Assembly: GCA_963693365.1 (NCBI GenBank)
Contig: CAVNZM010000007.1
Coordinates: 4,399,962 to 4,463,961, forward strand
DNA length: 64,000 nt
Reading direction: 5' to 3'
DNA from: Amoebidium appalachense
Taxonomy: Eukaryota > Protista > Ichthyosporea
Part shown: piece after piece, positions 1 through 27,389 of the stretch
How the letters are laid out: every line of letters begins with the position of its first letter
Position numbering within the stretch: the first letter of the stretch is position 1
Made by a program: the position numbers and the translations under genes
The notes under the pieces: model-generated
The model's input: the letters and a program-made list of their open reading frames with translations, nothing else
The model's database searches: none
What the model was told of the DNA's origin: nothing

Positions 1-608
1 TGGGCCATGGTAAGATGATGCATATGTTGGTGGGTGATGCCAGGTGATATGGGTGGCCCGGGGATGTGGGTGGGATGTGAGTGAGTGAGGGGTGGTGAGG
101 GTTACGTGCGGAATGCGGCAACAACGGGTTGGGGTGGGTGGGTGGGAACCAATGGGATCACGGCAACAGCATATCATGATAGCAAGTTATAAGATATTGC
201 AAGCCGTGTAGCTACAGAACATGGCAAAATATGGACTTTAGCACACTGTGTAACTTGAAGTCGCAAACATGCAGAGAGCAGGTATATGATGTGGTACTTT
301 TGAGACGATCGGTGCCGGGTTGATAAAGCAAACATGCAAGCAGCACATGAGGCTGGTCTCTCTTTGCCTCGAGTAAACAGCGTAAACCCCAACATGACAT
401 GGATATTTTAAGAAGAAAAAACGTTTATAAACACCGTATCATCAAACACGCAAACAGCACATTATATCGAAGCCATTTATGTATGTAAACACTGCCATCC
501 TATATTAGATTTTATTATGCCACGTCACACGGTTATGCAAAGCATACGGCTTGCAGTTATTTTTTTGAAGATGTCGTTTTGCCAAGTCCCGCTCAACGAG
601 AACTTCAG

Positions 609-651
<43 letters not shown>

Positions 652-1780
652 CCCCACCACCACCACCCTTTTGCCGACTAATAATTAGAGTTCAAAGGAT
701 CCCCCCCTCTCCCCCCCCTTCTCCCCCCTCTCCCTAGGAGCTCCCCCCCCCGCCCCGCCCCACACACACAACACACACACACATGCACACACCGGCACAC
801 GTCACACACACAGCAAGTTCTATCCCGAATCCAGACGTTGTTTTATAAATGGCCGGTCTGGATAGCAATGGACGTGAGGGATGCCACGGCGACACGCCGC
901 CGCTGGCCGTCTCCCTCTCTAACTGAGGTTTTGATGTGCAGAATATCATGGTTTGCGCAATCAAAGGTTTGCGCAATCGCATGGAACAACTGGAACAAGC
1001 CGTTCCAGGCCAGTTCCCTGCCTTCCTGTGCAGCCCATAATGAAAATAACTAAACTTTGTGACTACTTTAAAGTTGCTGAGATCATACGTGGTGCAAGCT
1101 GCACTATGAACACATGTATAGTGCTAGTAATTAATACATTTTTGTTGCCTTCTGCAGGGTTATCGTAGCTACGTCACGGCCTGCACTCAGGGGGGAGGGG
1201 GGGGGGGGAGGGGGGATGATTCGAAGGGGGTATAAATAAGAACATGCACCTAAAGGTCTTTCCCGTGGATCCTCCCCCCTCCCCCCCCACCTCTCCCTCC
1301 CCCGGGGCCCCATACTATGATATCTAGGCCCAATATTATATGCCCCCTTCCCCCCCCCCCCCCCCCCCCTCCTCTCCGGATCCCCGGACCCCACTTCCCT
1401 ACCCGGAGGCTCAAGAGCTCCCCCCTTCCCCTTCCCCCCCCCCTCCCCCCCCCCCCCAAGGCTTACGGGGGCCCTTCTTCATCGAGGGGGAGGGGGTGGG
1501 GGTGGGGGGGGTGGGGGGAGGGGGTGGGGGGGAGGGAAGTGGAAGGCGGGGGTGGATGCATGTCAGCCTAGGTGAATTCAATTGTTTAACTCCAGTGTGC
1601 AGGACTGGTCTGAAGGCTTAAGAAAACAACGAGGAAATGGGGTCCAGTGGAGGTGGTGGTGGTGTTCTGTGTGTGTGTGTACACGTGCACGTATGTGTGT
1701 GGTTTTTTTAAGGGGTGAGTGGTGGTGGTGGTGGTGGTGGTGGTCACCGTGGTGGTGGTGTGTGTGTCTGGTGTGTGTGT

Positions 1781-1831
<51 letters not shown>

Positions 1832-2939
1832 TAGAAAGAAAAACTGCTCGTGGGTCACTGTTTTTCGTCACTGTATTTGTAACGGGCCGCTCATATTTAT
1901 ATAACTACTTTAATTTAAGTACACGTGTTCATTATCATATACGATGGCCAAATATAGAAATTTTGGCGTCGAAGTTCTTGGAGCTAAAAAAACGTTTAAA
2001 AGGGGGAAATAATAGCTTGGCCCCAAATTTACCTTGCCGTTTTTAGCGAATGTATTTTTTATTCATGAGTTCTAGTGATTCAGTGAGTGCACGTGCCTGC
2101 CTCAGGCTGATCATGACAACTGCAACACACCATTCCTACATGGATATCAACCAAAAGAAAATAGTATATACTGTGGTGGTCTCCTAAACCTTGTGCGGCA
2201 TGCGCATACATGATATTACAGTGACGCATGTGCATATTATTGTTCTGTACACCGGAGTGTGCCGGTGCACGTGGCTGTTTTGTGCACATGTTACAATAGC
2301 AGCACGATCTCCCTAAACTCCATGTTTACACATCCCTCACCCTGGCTCTGCCTTGTCGGTGCTCCAAAACACACATACAAATCCCCCTAGACTCAGTGCC
2401 TGCACATGGTCGCATTCACGTGCAGGTCACGTGACACATGCGATGCCATACTGCCGTCTACAGCAACAACCACGGCAGCATGTATACCGGCCCAGCACGA
2501 AATATACTTATCGGCAGCCCACTGAACTCGCCCATTTTCTCTTTTTCATGTATGTCCCTCCTTTTTTGTAAAATCACCCTTTTTGGCCTCCCGGTAGTGG
2601 ATTTTGCAGGATTTGACTTCTTTGAGGTCCAAAAACCTCAAATTTTCCCCGGCGGGGCCGGGGAGGGAGAATTCAAAAATTGCCCGCTCCTGATATGGTA
2701 CCCGGGCCCTTGCCGCTCAGTATGGGCAGCTAATATGGGGCACTACACGGGATACGGGAGGCTGAACGCTCTGCAGCTGCCGCTATTCATGCAAGGCTGC
2801 TGCACGTCACAGCGCCAAGTTGCACGCAATATCCGGTAGGGTGCAGGCCGCCAGGCACATCTCCGGGACGACCTCTTGAGCCACGCAGGCCGTGTGGACC
2901 CTAGCCGTGCGCAACCGCTTGAACCATGTGCCGCCAGCT

Positions 2940-10133
<7,194 letters not shown>

Positions 10134-10194
10134 GGCGGAGGGGGTATATAGATAGTACTGAATGCAGGCAAATGGTAGATAGTAAGTGGTGTGT

Positions 10195-10362
10195 TGATAG
10201 GTGTGGTAGCTAAAGTGTTAATGGCAGATATGGTATGAGGTTGGTAACCAAAGCATGAATGGCAGGAATTTGCGTATGAGGTCGGTAGCTAGGGCATGAG
10301 CTACAGAAAAATGTGTGTATGAGGTTGGTAGCTAAGCTGTGAATTACAGATATGTGTGTATG
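10195..10362 (+). repeat. Degenerate about 42-bp tandem repeat downstream of the PRP4 stop
   Basis: Recurring gtatgaggt(t/c)ggta(g/a)c core, about 4 copies. Confidence 0.65.
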
Positions 10363-11064
10363 TACATAGGTTTGTGATCTTGGGCCAGGACGAATGGCAC
10401 GGAACGGGCCTGCTGTGAGTCGGGTGTCAGAAATTAATAATATTACTGGACCTGCCGCCCTTTCCGGATGGTGCCACCGCGCATGTACAATATGTATTGC
10501 ATTGCATAAAGAAAAACACGTGTGTATACTGTAAGAGTTGAACGGCCACTAATGCATGAAGAAACCTGTAGCCATCTACGTCCAGCAATAATAAAACGGC
10601 AATGCGCGAAGAAACACACGTGCTGCTCATGGTGCCCGTGCACATTGAAGGCGTGCATGGGCTGTGTGTCGCCGAGGCATGCCCGGGCCATGTTGTACAT
10701 GCCATGCCACACTGCTCCTTCACTTGGTCTTGCATTCGAGTGTTGATGGGCATAAGCATATACCTGCGCATACGCATGTACACATGGTTTATTCATTACT
10801 GGTAATACAGGTGGGCATGCACGCAGTGCACAATCTATATGTTTCAGATGCTGGCGTACACGTGTGGCACTAGTTTTGACCTTCGGTTAGTCAGGCATTC
10901 ATTCGTGGCACGAGGGCATGCCACATACCATGTGTTCCAACCCCTCGTTTCTTCATACCATCTACGTCATTCATTCATACCGTTTACGTTGGTCTATGCA
11001 GTACGGTTGCTGCTGCCTTCGGCTGTGCCATGCCCTACCATGGGTGTGGGCATGCATGCACCAT

Positions 11065-15440
<4,376 letters not shown>

Positions 15441-15887
15441 GGCTTGCACGGTGCATGCTCACGTGCTGTGCGCGCACGTGCATGCGTGTCAGGGCCTCAT
15501 TACCGGCCCGATAGGGCTTCAGAGTGAGTGTGCTTGAGTGTGAAGCTCACGACATATAATGCCCCTTTCGGAAGGGCCTTTCCCCTCGGCCTGCCGCGAG
15601 ACTTCATGACAAGGCCTTCTTCTCTTCCCTTCATGATCGCCCAGAACCTACTGGACTCCCGAGGTTTTGTGGCCGTTGTGTGTTCGCGCAACTCAGCATC
15701 CAAAAAAAGGTTTGTTCCTCTGAAGGCCGCAGTGTGCATAGCCTACGTAGTGTGTGAAGGCCAGATCTGTTGTTTTGCAAGTGCACGTCTCAGAGAACGT
15801 CTACGCGAGCATACGCGTTGCTGTGCACAGGGTGCAGTGCGGCATAGAGACTTTATAAGGCATTTCCAGGCAGCAAGCAGGGCTGAC

Positions 15888-19569
<3,682 letters not shown>

Positions 19570-19934
19570 CCAGCAGACAGGCAGGGTAGCTGCAGGGCAG
19601 TAGGGCCTGCATGGGTACTGCATATGCATGCTGGGAGGATGGCGGTGCACCAGCCAGACTGAGGGCTGGCTGGTGCTAGGGGGATACTGGGTCGGCATGG
19701 CAGGCAGCCATGCACCTCCCTTGCCTTGCACAGAGCCAACCAGCCAGCGCACATGTGCGCATGCACAGCCAAGTATAGGACAGCAACGTGGCTCGTCCTA
19801 TGTGGCCAAATGTACATATCTTTAGATTTGCACACACGTAGAAGATGATGTGTAGAGTTTTATTATCCAAAAGATTCATGTTAACTTTCACAGGCCCAGG
19901 TACTTCAATGAACATACATACATACAGTCGTGTG

Positions 19935-20372
19935 AGCCAGGTGCTCCAATCAACATGCACTCACGCAACCCACATTCGTGTATGCCAGGTGCTCCAATCA
20001 ACATGCACTCACGCAACCTACATTCGTGTATGCCAGGTGCTCCAATCAACATGCACTCACACAACCTACATTCATGTATGCCAGGTGCTCCAATCAACAT
20101 GCACTAACGCAACCGACATTCCAGGCTTCAATAAACATCCACTCATGTGTGCTCTTATCACCATACAGTTGTGTGGTTCGGTGTAAATATCTTTATGTGA
20201 GCCTATGCTCCAATCATCATATACACATGTGTGCTCCAATCAAAATACCCAACATATGTCATACATTTACGTGAGCCTATGCTCCAATCAACTTACATCC
20301 ATGTGTGTTCCAATCAACACATGTGTTCTCCAATCAAAAGCATTTTTAAGAGCCTATGCTCCAATCAACATA
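19935..20372 (+). repeat. 48-bp minisatellite x4 with a degenerate tail (core gctccaatcaa) between convergent genes
   Basis: Tandem copies of ccaggtgctccaatcaacatgcactcacgcaacctacattcgtgtatg. Confidence 0.9.
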
Positions 20373-20536
20373 CATATTCATGTGTGTGAAACTAAAAACT
20401 CGAGGGTGCTTTTCTCAATCAACCTACATACAGTATGATCACAGCCGGTGCAGGTGTGCCAGTCACCCCAGCCCAACCAGCCGCCCCGTCATGTGCACTC
20501 ACCATGCCCCTGCGGCCACCCACATATAGACGTGTA

Positions 20537-22079
20537 TCACGTGCCGTAGTACCACGTGTGGATGGTGCGTGCGTCCAATCCCAGCACGGCATAGTTCAGC
20601 ACAAACCACTGGTTGAGCAGTGTCGTGCCCACGGCCCCCTTGGCCTGCAGCAGCACGTCAGCAATGCCTCCTGCCTTGGGGGTGCAGCAACCACATGTAT
20701 GTATAGGGGCCTGCACACGTTGTACTCCTGGCCACAGATGTGCAATTGGGGGTGTTTTATTCCTAGCCACAATCATGCCCTGGTGGTGTTCCTATTCCTA
20801 GCCACATATATACGCTGTGCTGCCATCCACCCAAGCCCACCCACCCACCTGCCACCTGCGTGGTGATGTGCGGACCTGTGGGGGCACAATACGGACTGCG
20901 CCTTTCTGGGCCATCAGGCGCACCAGCTCATAGTCCTCCATAAACACCTTCAGGCCAACGGGGAGTCAGCAACAGCAAAGACTAGGGGCCAAGAGGTGGT
21001 GGAAGACACAGGCTTGGACCTAATTAGGCAATAACCACTAGAAGGGCCAAGCAAATCTACCAGGGGGACATGCAGAGAATTCTATCCTGGAGGTATGCAC
21101 CAACTTATCAAAAGAAAATTCACGGAAATTTATCAGGGGTGTCCATCGAAATCTTACACGGGTGATACACACCTGGTCCGGGAACCCACCCACAGCCCTG
21201 AAATCCACTGTGCGCATGAACAGCCCTGCATTGAGCCTGTTAGCGCCACATGAGGGCCACACCGCCTTGCTGCACCACCGTGCACCTATGGCCCACCTCC
21301 TCATGCCCCATGCCTCTAGCCCTGGCCCCTCGACCTTGTCCTGCCCTCTGTTCCTTAGTCTGTACTTGTGTCTTCACCGTCTTCCCATTCCCCCCCTCCC
21401 CCCTCTCAAACTGCTCCCCCTTCCCCTCCCCACTCCCCCGGTGGTGCCAGCCAATACATGGGCCTACCCTGGTCGCCGTAGGGCAGGCCATAGTGACGTG
21501 CCCGTGCGTTTGCCGCCCAGCAGATGGTGTGCAGGGCTGGGTCGCCACTGTCTATGCCCAGCTCAAAGGCACCCAGCGCCACATGTTGGTCCCTGCAGCA
21601 TGGTCAGCACACGGCCAAACATGCAGGCAGACAGGGGCATGCATGTATATTCACCTCAGCACACGGTGGATGATGCTGTCGTAGCCTGCAGGTAGCTGTG
21701 CAAACCGTCAGGCACACTCTCTTTGTTACCCACGGGCCATCCCACCACCCGCACGCACCTTTGTGTCTGCATGCAGGAATAAGAGGGTGCCCCCCCGTGC
21801 CTGTGCTGCCCCTGCATTCTGCTGCCTGGCCCGGCCCCGCTTGGCCTCCAGCAGGTGCACATTTGGATGGGTGGCAGCCAGGCGGGCCACAATGTGGGGG
21901 GTGAGGTCACTGCTGCCCCCGTCCACTACGAGCACCTCAATGCGATGCTGCACTGCCCGTCAGCATGCATGTACACACACACACACACAGACACACACGC
22001 ACACACACACGTACACACACACACACACACACATACACATTCACACACCACACAAACACACACACACACACACACACCC

Positions 22080-22127
<48 letters not shown>

Positions 22128-23562
22128 CATGTACACACATACACACACACACACTCTCTCTCTCTCTCTACTCACCGTGGCAGCTAGGCAGGCCAGCAGG
22201 GTGGCCCGTATGTTTTGAGCCTCGTTCCACGTGGGCACCACCACACTCAGCAGCCCATCGTCCAGGTCTTCCCCCGCCACCTCATAGTCCATGTGTGCCT
22301 TGCACAGCACTCGTGTGCCCTGCAGTGCCCCGTATGAGTTACATGTGTCTGTCTGAAGGTGGTGGTGGTGGTGGGGGGGGGGGGGGGGGGGGGGGGGGAT
22401 AGCTGTGTCGCAATGTCTGTGAGGGTTGCTGAGATCAGAGGGGCACACGAGGAAAGCAAAAGAGACGACGAAGGAGGGGCCCGGGGGAGGGGGAAGTTTT
22501 TTCTTTTTTTTTTTTTTTTTTTTTGGGGGGGGGGGGGGGCAAAAAGACAGCCGGGCTGTTGTTTTTAGATTTTCTGGAGCGACAACTGCAAGATTTCATG
22601 CATGGCCCTGCACTACCACGTGGGTGTGTCTGTGTGGAAGGGGTGTGCGTGTGTGTGTGTCTGTGTACATGTGGCACGGGTGTGAATGTACTCACGCTAT
22701 ATGTGGTGTGGGTGGGTCTGTGCGTATGTGGTACAGGTGTATGTGTGTCTGTGTGTATCTAGTGTAGGTGTAGGTGTGTCTGTGTCCGTATGATGTGGTT
22801 AAAGTGTGAGTGTGTTTGTGAGTAGGTTATGTCGGTGTGGGGGTGGGTTCTAGCATGTACTTGGTGTGGTGGGGGTGTTTTCGTGTATGTCTCCGTTGAT
22901 TGTCGGTTCCTTGTACTTGAATGTGGTATGAATGTGGGTGTGTTTTGCGGATACTCTGTTGGTAAAGGCGTGTTTGTATGGGCAAGTGTTGTGGGTGCGT
23001 GTTTCTGTTTGTGCACGCTTCTGTGCATGCGCATCTATTGAATGTGTGGGGGCTTAAAGCGGGGATATGAATGATAATGTGTGGGTGTGGGTGATCATAT
23101 GCACGTGTGATTGCATGGCACAGAGTGTGAGTGTCGGTGTGTGTGGGGACGGGTGTGTGCGCAGATGTGTCTGCAAGTATGTGCAAGTAATTTTGCGTTG
23201 TGTGGGTTTGTGGGTGGTCATGGGTAAATGTGGGCATGGGTGTGGGTGCAGGTGTGTATATGCATGTGCCTGTGAGGGATGGGGTTGTGGGGCGGGGTTC
23301 CCTATTGTGTGCGTGCCTCTATGTATGTGTGTGTGTGTGCATGCAGATGCCTGTCAGAGATGGGGTTGTGCGGTGGGGTTGCCTATATGCGTGCGTGCAC
23401 TCGGGTGGCACTATGCCTGTGTGTGTGTGTGTGTGTGTCTGCGTGCACCTTGCCCAGGCAAGCACGTGCGCTCTGCACCAGCTGGCCCAGCAACCCCACA
23501 ACCAGGCCCAGCAGGCAGGCCAGCAGCACGCCCAGTACGTGCAGCGCCTTGAGTGGCCCCAT
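20537..23562 (-). CDS. GT2 glycosyltransferase, TIGR04283-like, with N-terminal membrane anchor; 7 exons
   Basis: Exon 1 23562-23449 is hydrophobic ([20 protein letters not shown]). Then [38 protein letters not shown] (DxD-like), [30 protein letters not shown] and TTLLNQ. Confidence 0.85.
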
Positions 23563-23663
23563 ATGTGCCCTTAGCCGCAGGCAGCAACTAGCTTCATATC
23601 CGTGCTGGCCTCTGTGTGTGCGTGTGCGTGCGTGTGACGCTACGCGTGCGTACGTGCGTCAGA

Positions 23664-23702
<39 letters not shown>

Positions 23703-24354
23703 GGGGGGGGGGGGGGGGGGGGGGGGAGGGGGGGGGGGGAGAGAGAGAGAGAGAGCGAGAGAGAGAGAGAGAAGAAAAGAGAGAGAGAAGAGAGAGAGAA
23801 GAGAGTGTGTATACAAGCGCGCGCGCGCGTGTGTGTGTGTGTGCACGTGCGCGTGTATGCGCGCCGGGGCCGCCGGCAAACTTGAACAAGGTGCGTCAGC
23901 CGGCTGGATGGAGCCTGGTCCGGAGTTGTGTGTGGCGCACTGGCAGCGGGCCTTGACTGGCTCTGTATGTGTCACTGTGACCACACGCCTCAAAAGGGAA
24001 AAGATTTCAGTCAGTGGCTCAGTCAGTACTAGTCAGTTGAGAGCCTTCACCCCGACAAGACTACACCCCTACCTTTCTGCCGTACACATACAGGCACACT
24101 GCGCCTCGCCTTAGTCTCCCCAAGCGTAAAGACCCTACCTCGCGCCCTAAAAGAATAAGAGCAAACCCTAGAAGCAGCAGCAGTACAGCAAGCCTCCGGT
24201 TTGCCTTTCGTGTGGTTTTCACCTTGCAAGCCCACCCGCTGTCTGCCGTTATCTTTCCTCTGCTGGCGGCCAACCAAACACACAGGCTGCACGTTGGGGT
24301 GGCTGGTGGCCTGGCGGGTGCCCGGCTTCGTGTGTGCCTGGGGGAGGGGGCAGT

Positions 24355-24761
24355 ATGTTGCCTGCGTCGGTGGACTCCCTCCGCTACAAACGCGTCAACC
24401 AGAGCGAGTCGCAGTTCGAAGAGGACGATGCTCCGCCATACAGGTGTGTACACGTGCCGTGTGTGTGCGTGGCGCTTTTGTGCGCGTGCTCCTTCGCTTT
24501 TTTTTCGCGCCCTCGTCTTTCTGTGTGGGTGTTCACCCATGCTCACGGTCCATCTGGGCATGGGGCTCACCTGGGCATGGGGCTCACGTGCGTGTGTGTG
24601 TGTGTGTGGTGTGTGCATGCGTGCGCACTTGTGGCCGTGTGTGTGCGCATGCACGCGTAAAGTTGTATGCTTATCTGCATGTATGGGGGGGAGGGGGCCT
24701 TCACGTGTGCGTGTGTGCGTGCTTTGGTGTCCCTAGGGTCGTGCTCGTGCGGGTGTCGTGT

Positions 24762-24799
<38 letters not shown>

Positions 24800-24983
24800 T
24801 GTGTGTGTGTGTATGTGTGTGTGTGTGTGTGTGTGTTTGTATGTTCGTGTTTGGTGTGTGTGGGTGTGTGGGTATGCGTCCGTCTGTGTGTGTGCACGCA
24901 CACAAGCCTTTCTAGGTGTTGGGAGATGTGTGTATGTGTGCTGCTGAGCGTTTGTGTGCTTTTCTGTACGTGTGTGGATGCTT

Positions 24984-25014
<31 letters not shown>

Positions 25015-25929
25015 TCTTTGGTGTCCCTAAATGCGTGCCCGTGCGGGTGTTGGCGTGTGTGCACGTGTGTGTGTGTTTGTGCGTGTGTGCACGTGTGTGT
25101 GTGTTTGTGCGTGTGTGCGTGCGTGTGTGTGCCTGTGTGTGCGTGCCAGTGTGCCTGTGTGTGCGTGCATACTTGTCTGTGTGTGCGTGCACACCAGTGC
25201 CTGCAGGTGTATGTGTATGTGTGCTGACCGTGTGTCTGCAGCGAGGTGACTGTGCACCATGGCACATACCTGGGGTCTGCCTGGATAGCGGCAGTCACAG
25301 ACTCAGCACTCAGCAGCAGGGTGCAGGTGTGTTCTCGTGCAACATACACAAGCAAACACACACATACGCCACACATAAGGCTGCAGATGTAACTGCACAC
25401 AGGCCCTGTGGGTGACACATCCACCCACCCACACACACCCGCGTCCACATCCACTTGCATGCACACACACACACAACCACGCATGCACACGACACACAAA
25501 CACACACACACACACACACACACAACCACGCCATGCACACACACACACTCACACACACACACTCACTCACTCACTCACTCACAACCTGAGCACACAAAAG
25601 GCCTAGCAGGTTGCTCTCGCATGGACCCGTACAGGTGCACACAGTCACACACAAGCACGCATACTCCCACACAGGTGTGTGTGCAAGGGCGCCCACATGG
25701 CTGTACAAGAATAGTGCAGTGTCACTAGCACACTTGCAGACCACGTGTACGTTGCCGTTTCCCTACTTGCCCTATGGGTTGCACGAACTCAATAGATGTA
25801 CAGGGCAACACACCTTTGTTGAATGACACCGATTGTATTGTCGCCAGCATGTAAACACACACGTGTATGTATGTGTGTGCGCGCGCAACACACCCCTACA
25901 TGCACCCACACGAAAACACACGCAAACAC

Positions 25930-25993
<64 letters not shown>

Positions 25994-26147
25994 CACACAC
26001 ACGTGCACACAAACGTGGCTTACCTGGACACACTGTATTGATCTAATACTTCACTGCCCTTGCACACCCACACAGAAGCATGAGCGCTAAACAGAACACA
26101 CACACTGGATGGGAGTGCTTTCCTTTAGTGATGCACTCCCTTTGCCC

Positions 26148-26180
<33 letters not shown>

Positions 26181-26214
26181 AAAAAAAAAAAACCCCACTC
26201 ATTCTCCCCCCTCC

Positions 26215-26245
<31 letters not shown>

Positions 26246-26875
26246 AGACCTCCCTCTCCCCCTTCCCCCCCCCCCCCCCCCCCCCCCACACCCAACCCAC
26301 CCAGGCGGCGGAAAACAGATAAAAATGTATTAGACCCAAGACACAAACCACCACCACCACAAAGGGGGAAAAGAAATTATGAGAACAGTTCGGGGACTTC
26401 TCAAGAAACACAAAAAACCTTGGCTTTTGTAGTTCCCATACTAGTGGCATGCTGTTGCTATCATGCTGGGGTGGGTGGATCGTCACGTCTGCTGATTTTG
26501 TGTGTGTGTTTGTGTACGTGTTTGCCGCACATGGGTGGGTGTGTGCATGCTGCCTTGGGTTGGTAGGGTCACTGTTGACCAGTGAGTGTGTTTGCGTGCT
26601 AACACGTGCCACAGTCAGTGCTTGCCGGCCGCACACAGCCCTCGCCCGTGCGTGTGGAGGTAGCGGACGACCACGTGCTGCTAGCTGGCCTGCGCACTGT
26701 GCGCTGGCCCACAGCCAGCCTGCTTGCTGCCGCCCAGCCGGGGGGCGGGGAGGTGGTGGCCGTGGTGCAGGCTGTGGGGGCCAGGCAGCTATGCCACGTT
26801 CTGAGGCTGGATGGATGCCGCAGTGCTGAGGCCCTGCTGGGGGCCCTGCAGGCCACTGGGGTGAGCCTGTGGTGA
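24355..26875 (+). CDS. Small PTB/PH-like-fold protein (putative phosphotyrosine-interaction domain); 3 exons
   Basis: In-phase exons 24355-24443, 25242-25326 (TYLGSAWI) and 26615-26875 ([10 protein letters not shown]...LCHVLRL...AEALLGALQ). The YLGS...V.V.V...CHV...C-terminal helix pattern resembles PTB domains. Confidence 0.6.
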
Positions 26876-27002
26876 GCGGCATGTTTATTCTTAGTGTGCA
26901 CGTATGGCCTGTAAATATGTACATATATGGATATATAGTTGCGTCATTTGACTGCGTGCAGGGGCCACATGGCTGTCGTATGGCACCCTTGCAGCATTCA
27001 CT

Positions 27003-27350
27003 GGGAACCCTTTGGCCCTTCAAGTAGTAAAATGGGTGCTAATAATCTAGGAACCCTATTGGCCCTTCAAGCAGTAAAAGGGAACCCTATTGGCCCTTCA
27101 AGCAATAAAATGGGTGGTGAATCTAGAACCCTATTGGCCCTTCAAACAGTAAAACGGCTGTTAAATCTAGAACCCTATTGGCCCTTCAAACAGTAAAATG
27201 AGTGCTAAATCTAGAACCCTATTGGCCCTTCAAAAAAAAAAAAGGAAACAGTAAAAGGGAACCCTATTGGCTCTGCAAGCAGTATAATGGAACCAACGTG
27301 GGCCCAGCAAGCAGGAAATCTAGAACCCTATTGGCCCTTCAAGCAGTAAC
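27003..27350 (+). repeat. Degenerate minisatellite, about 9 copies of gaaccctattggcccttcaa(g/a)cagtaaaa
   Basis: Directly visible between the convergent 3' ends of the PTB-like and F-box genes. Confidence 0.9.
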
Positions 27351-27389
27351 ATGATGCTTGGCCTAACCAGCAGTCAAGTGTGGCCAGAT

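Noticed and set aside
174-1170. Small ORFs at the window start
   Set aside because: No recognisable motifs or splice-consistent exon chain.
26103-26447. CACTA-like element (CACTGGATGGGA / TCCCATACTAGTG)
   Set aside because: Short, imperfect TIR and no clear 3-bp target-site duplication.
27003-27350. CRISPR-like array (conserved about 30-nt core with variable spacers)
   Set aside because: Spacers are 0-15 nt and related to each other, the context is eukaryotic and there are no cas genes; it is a degenerate minisatellite.
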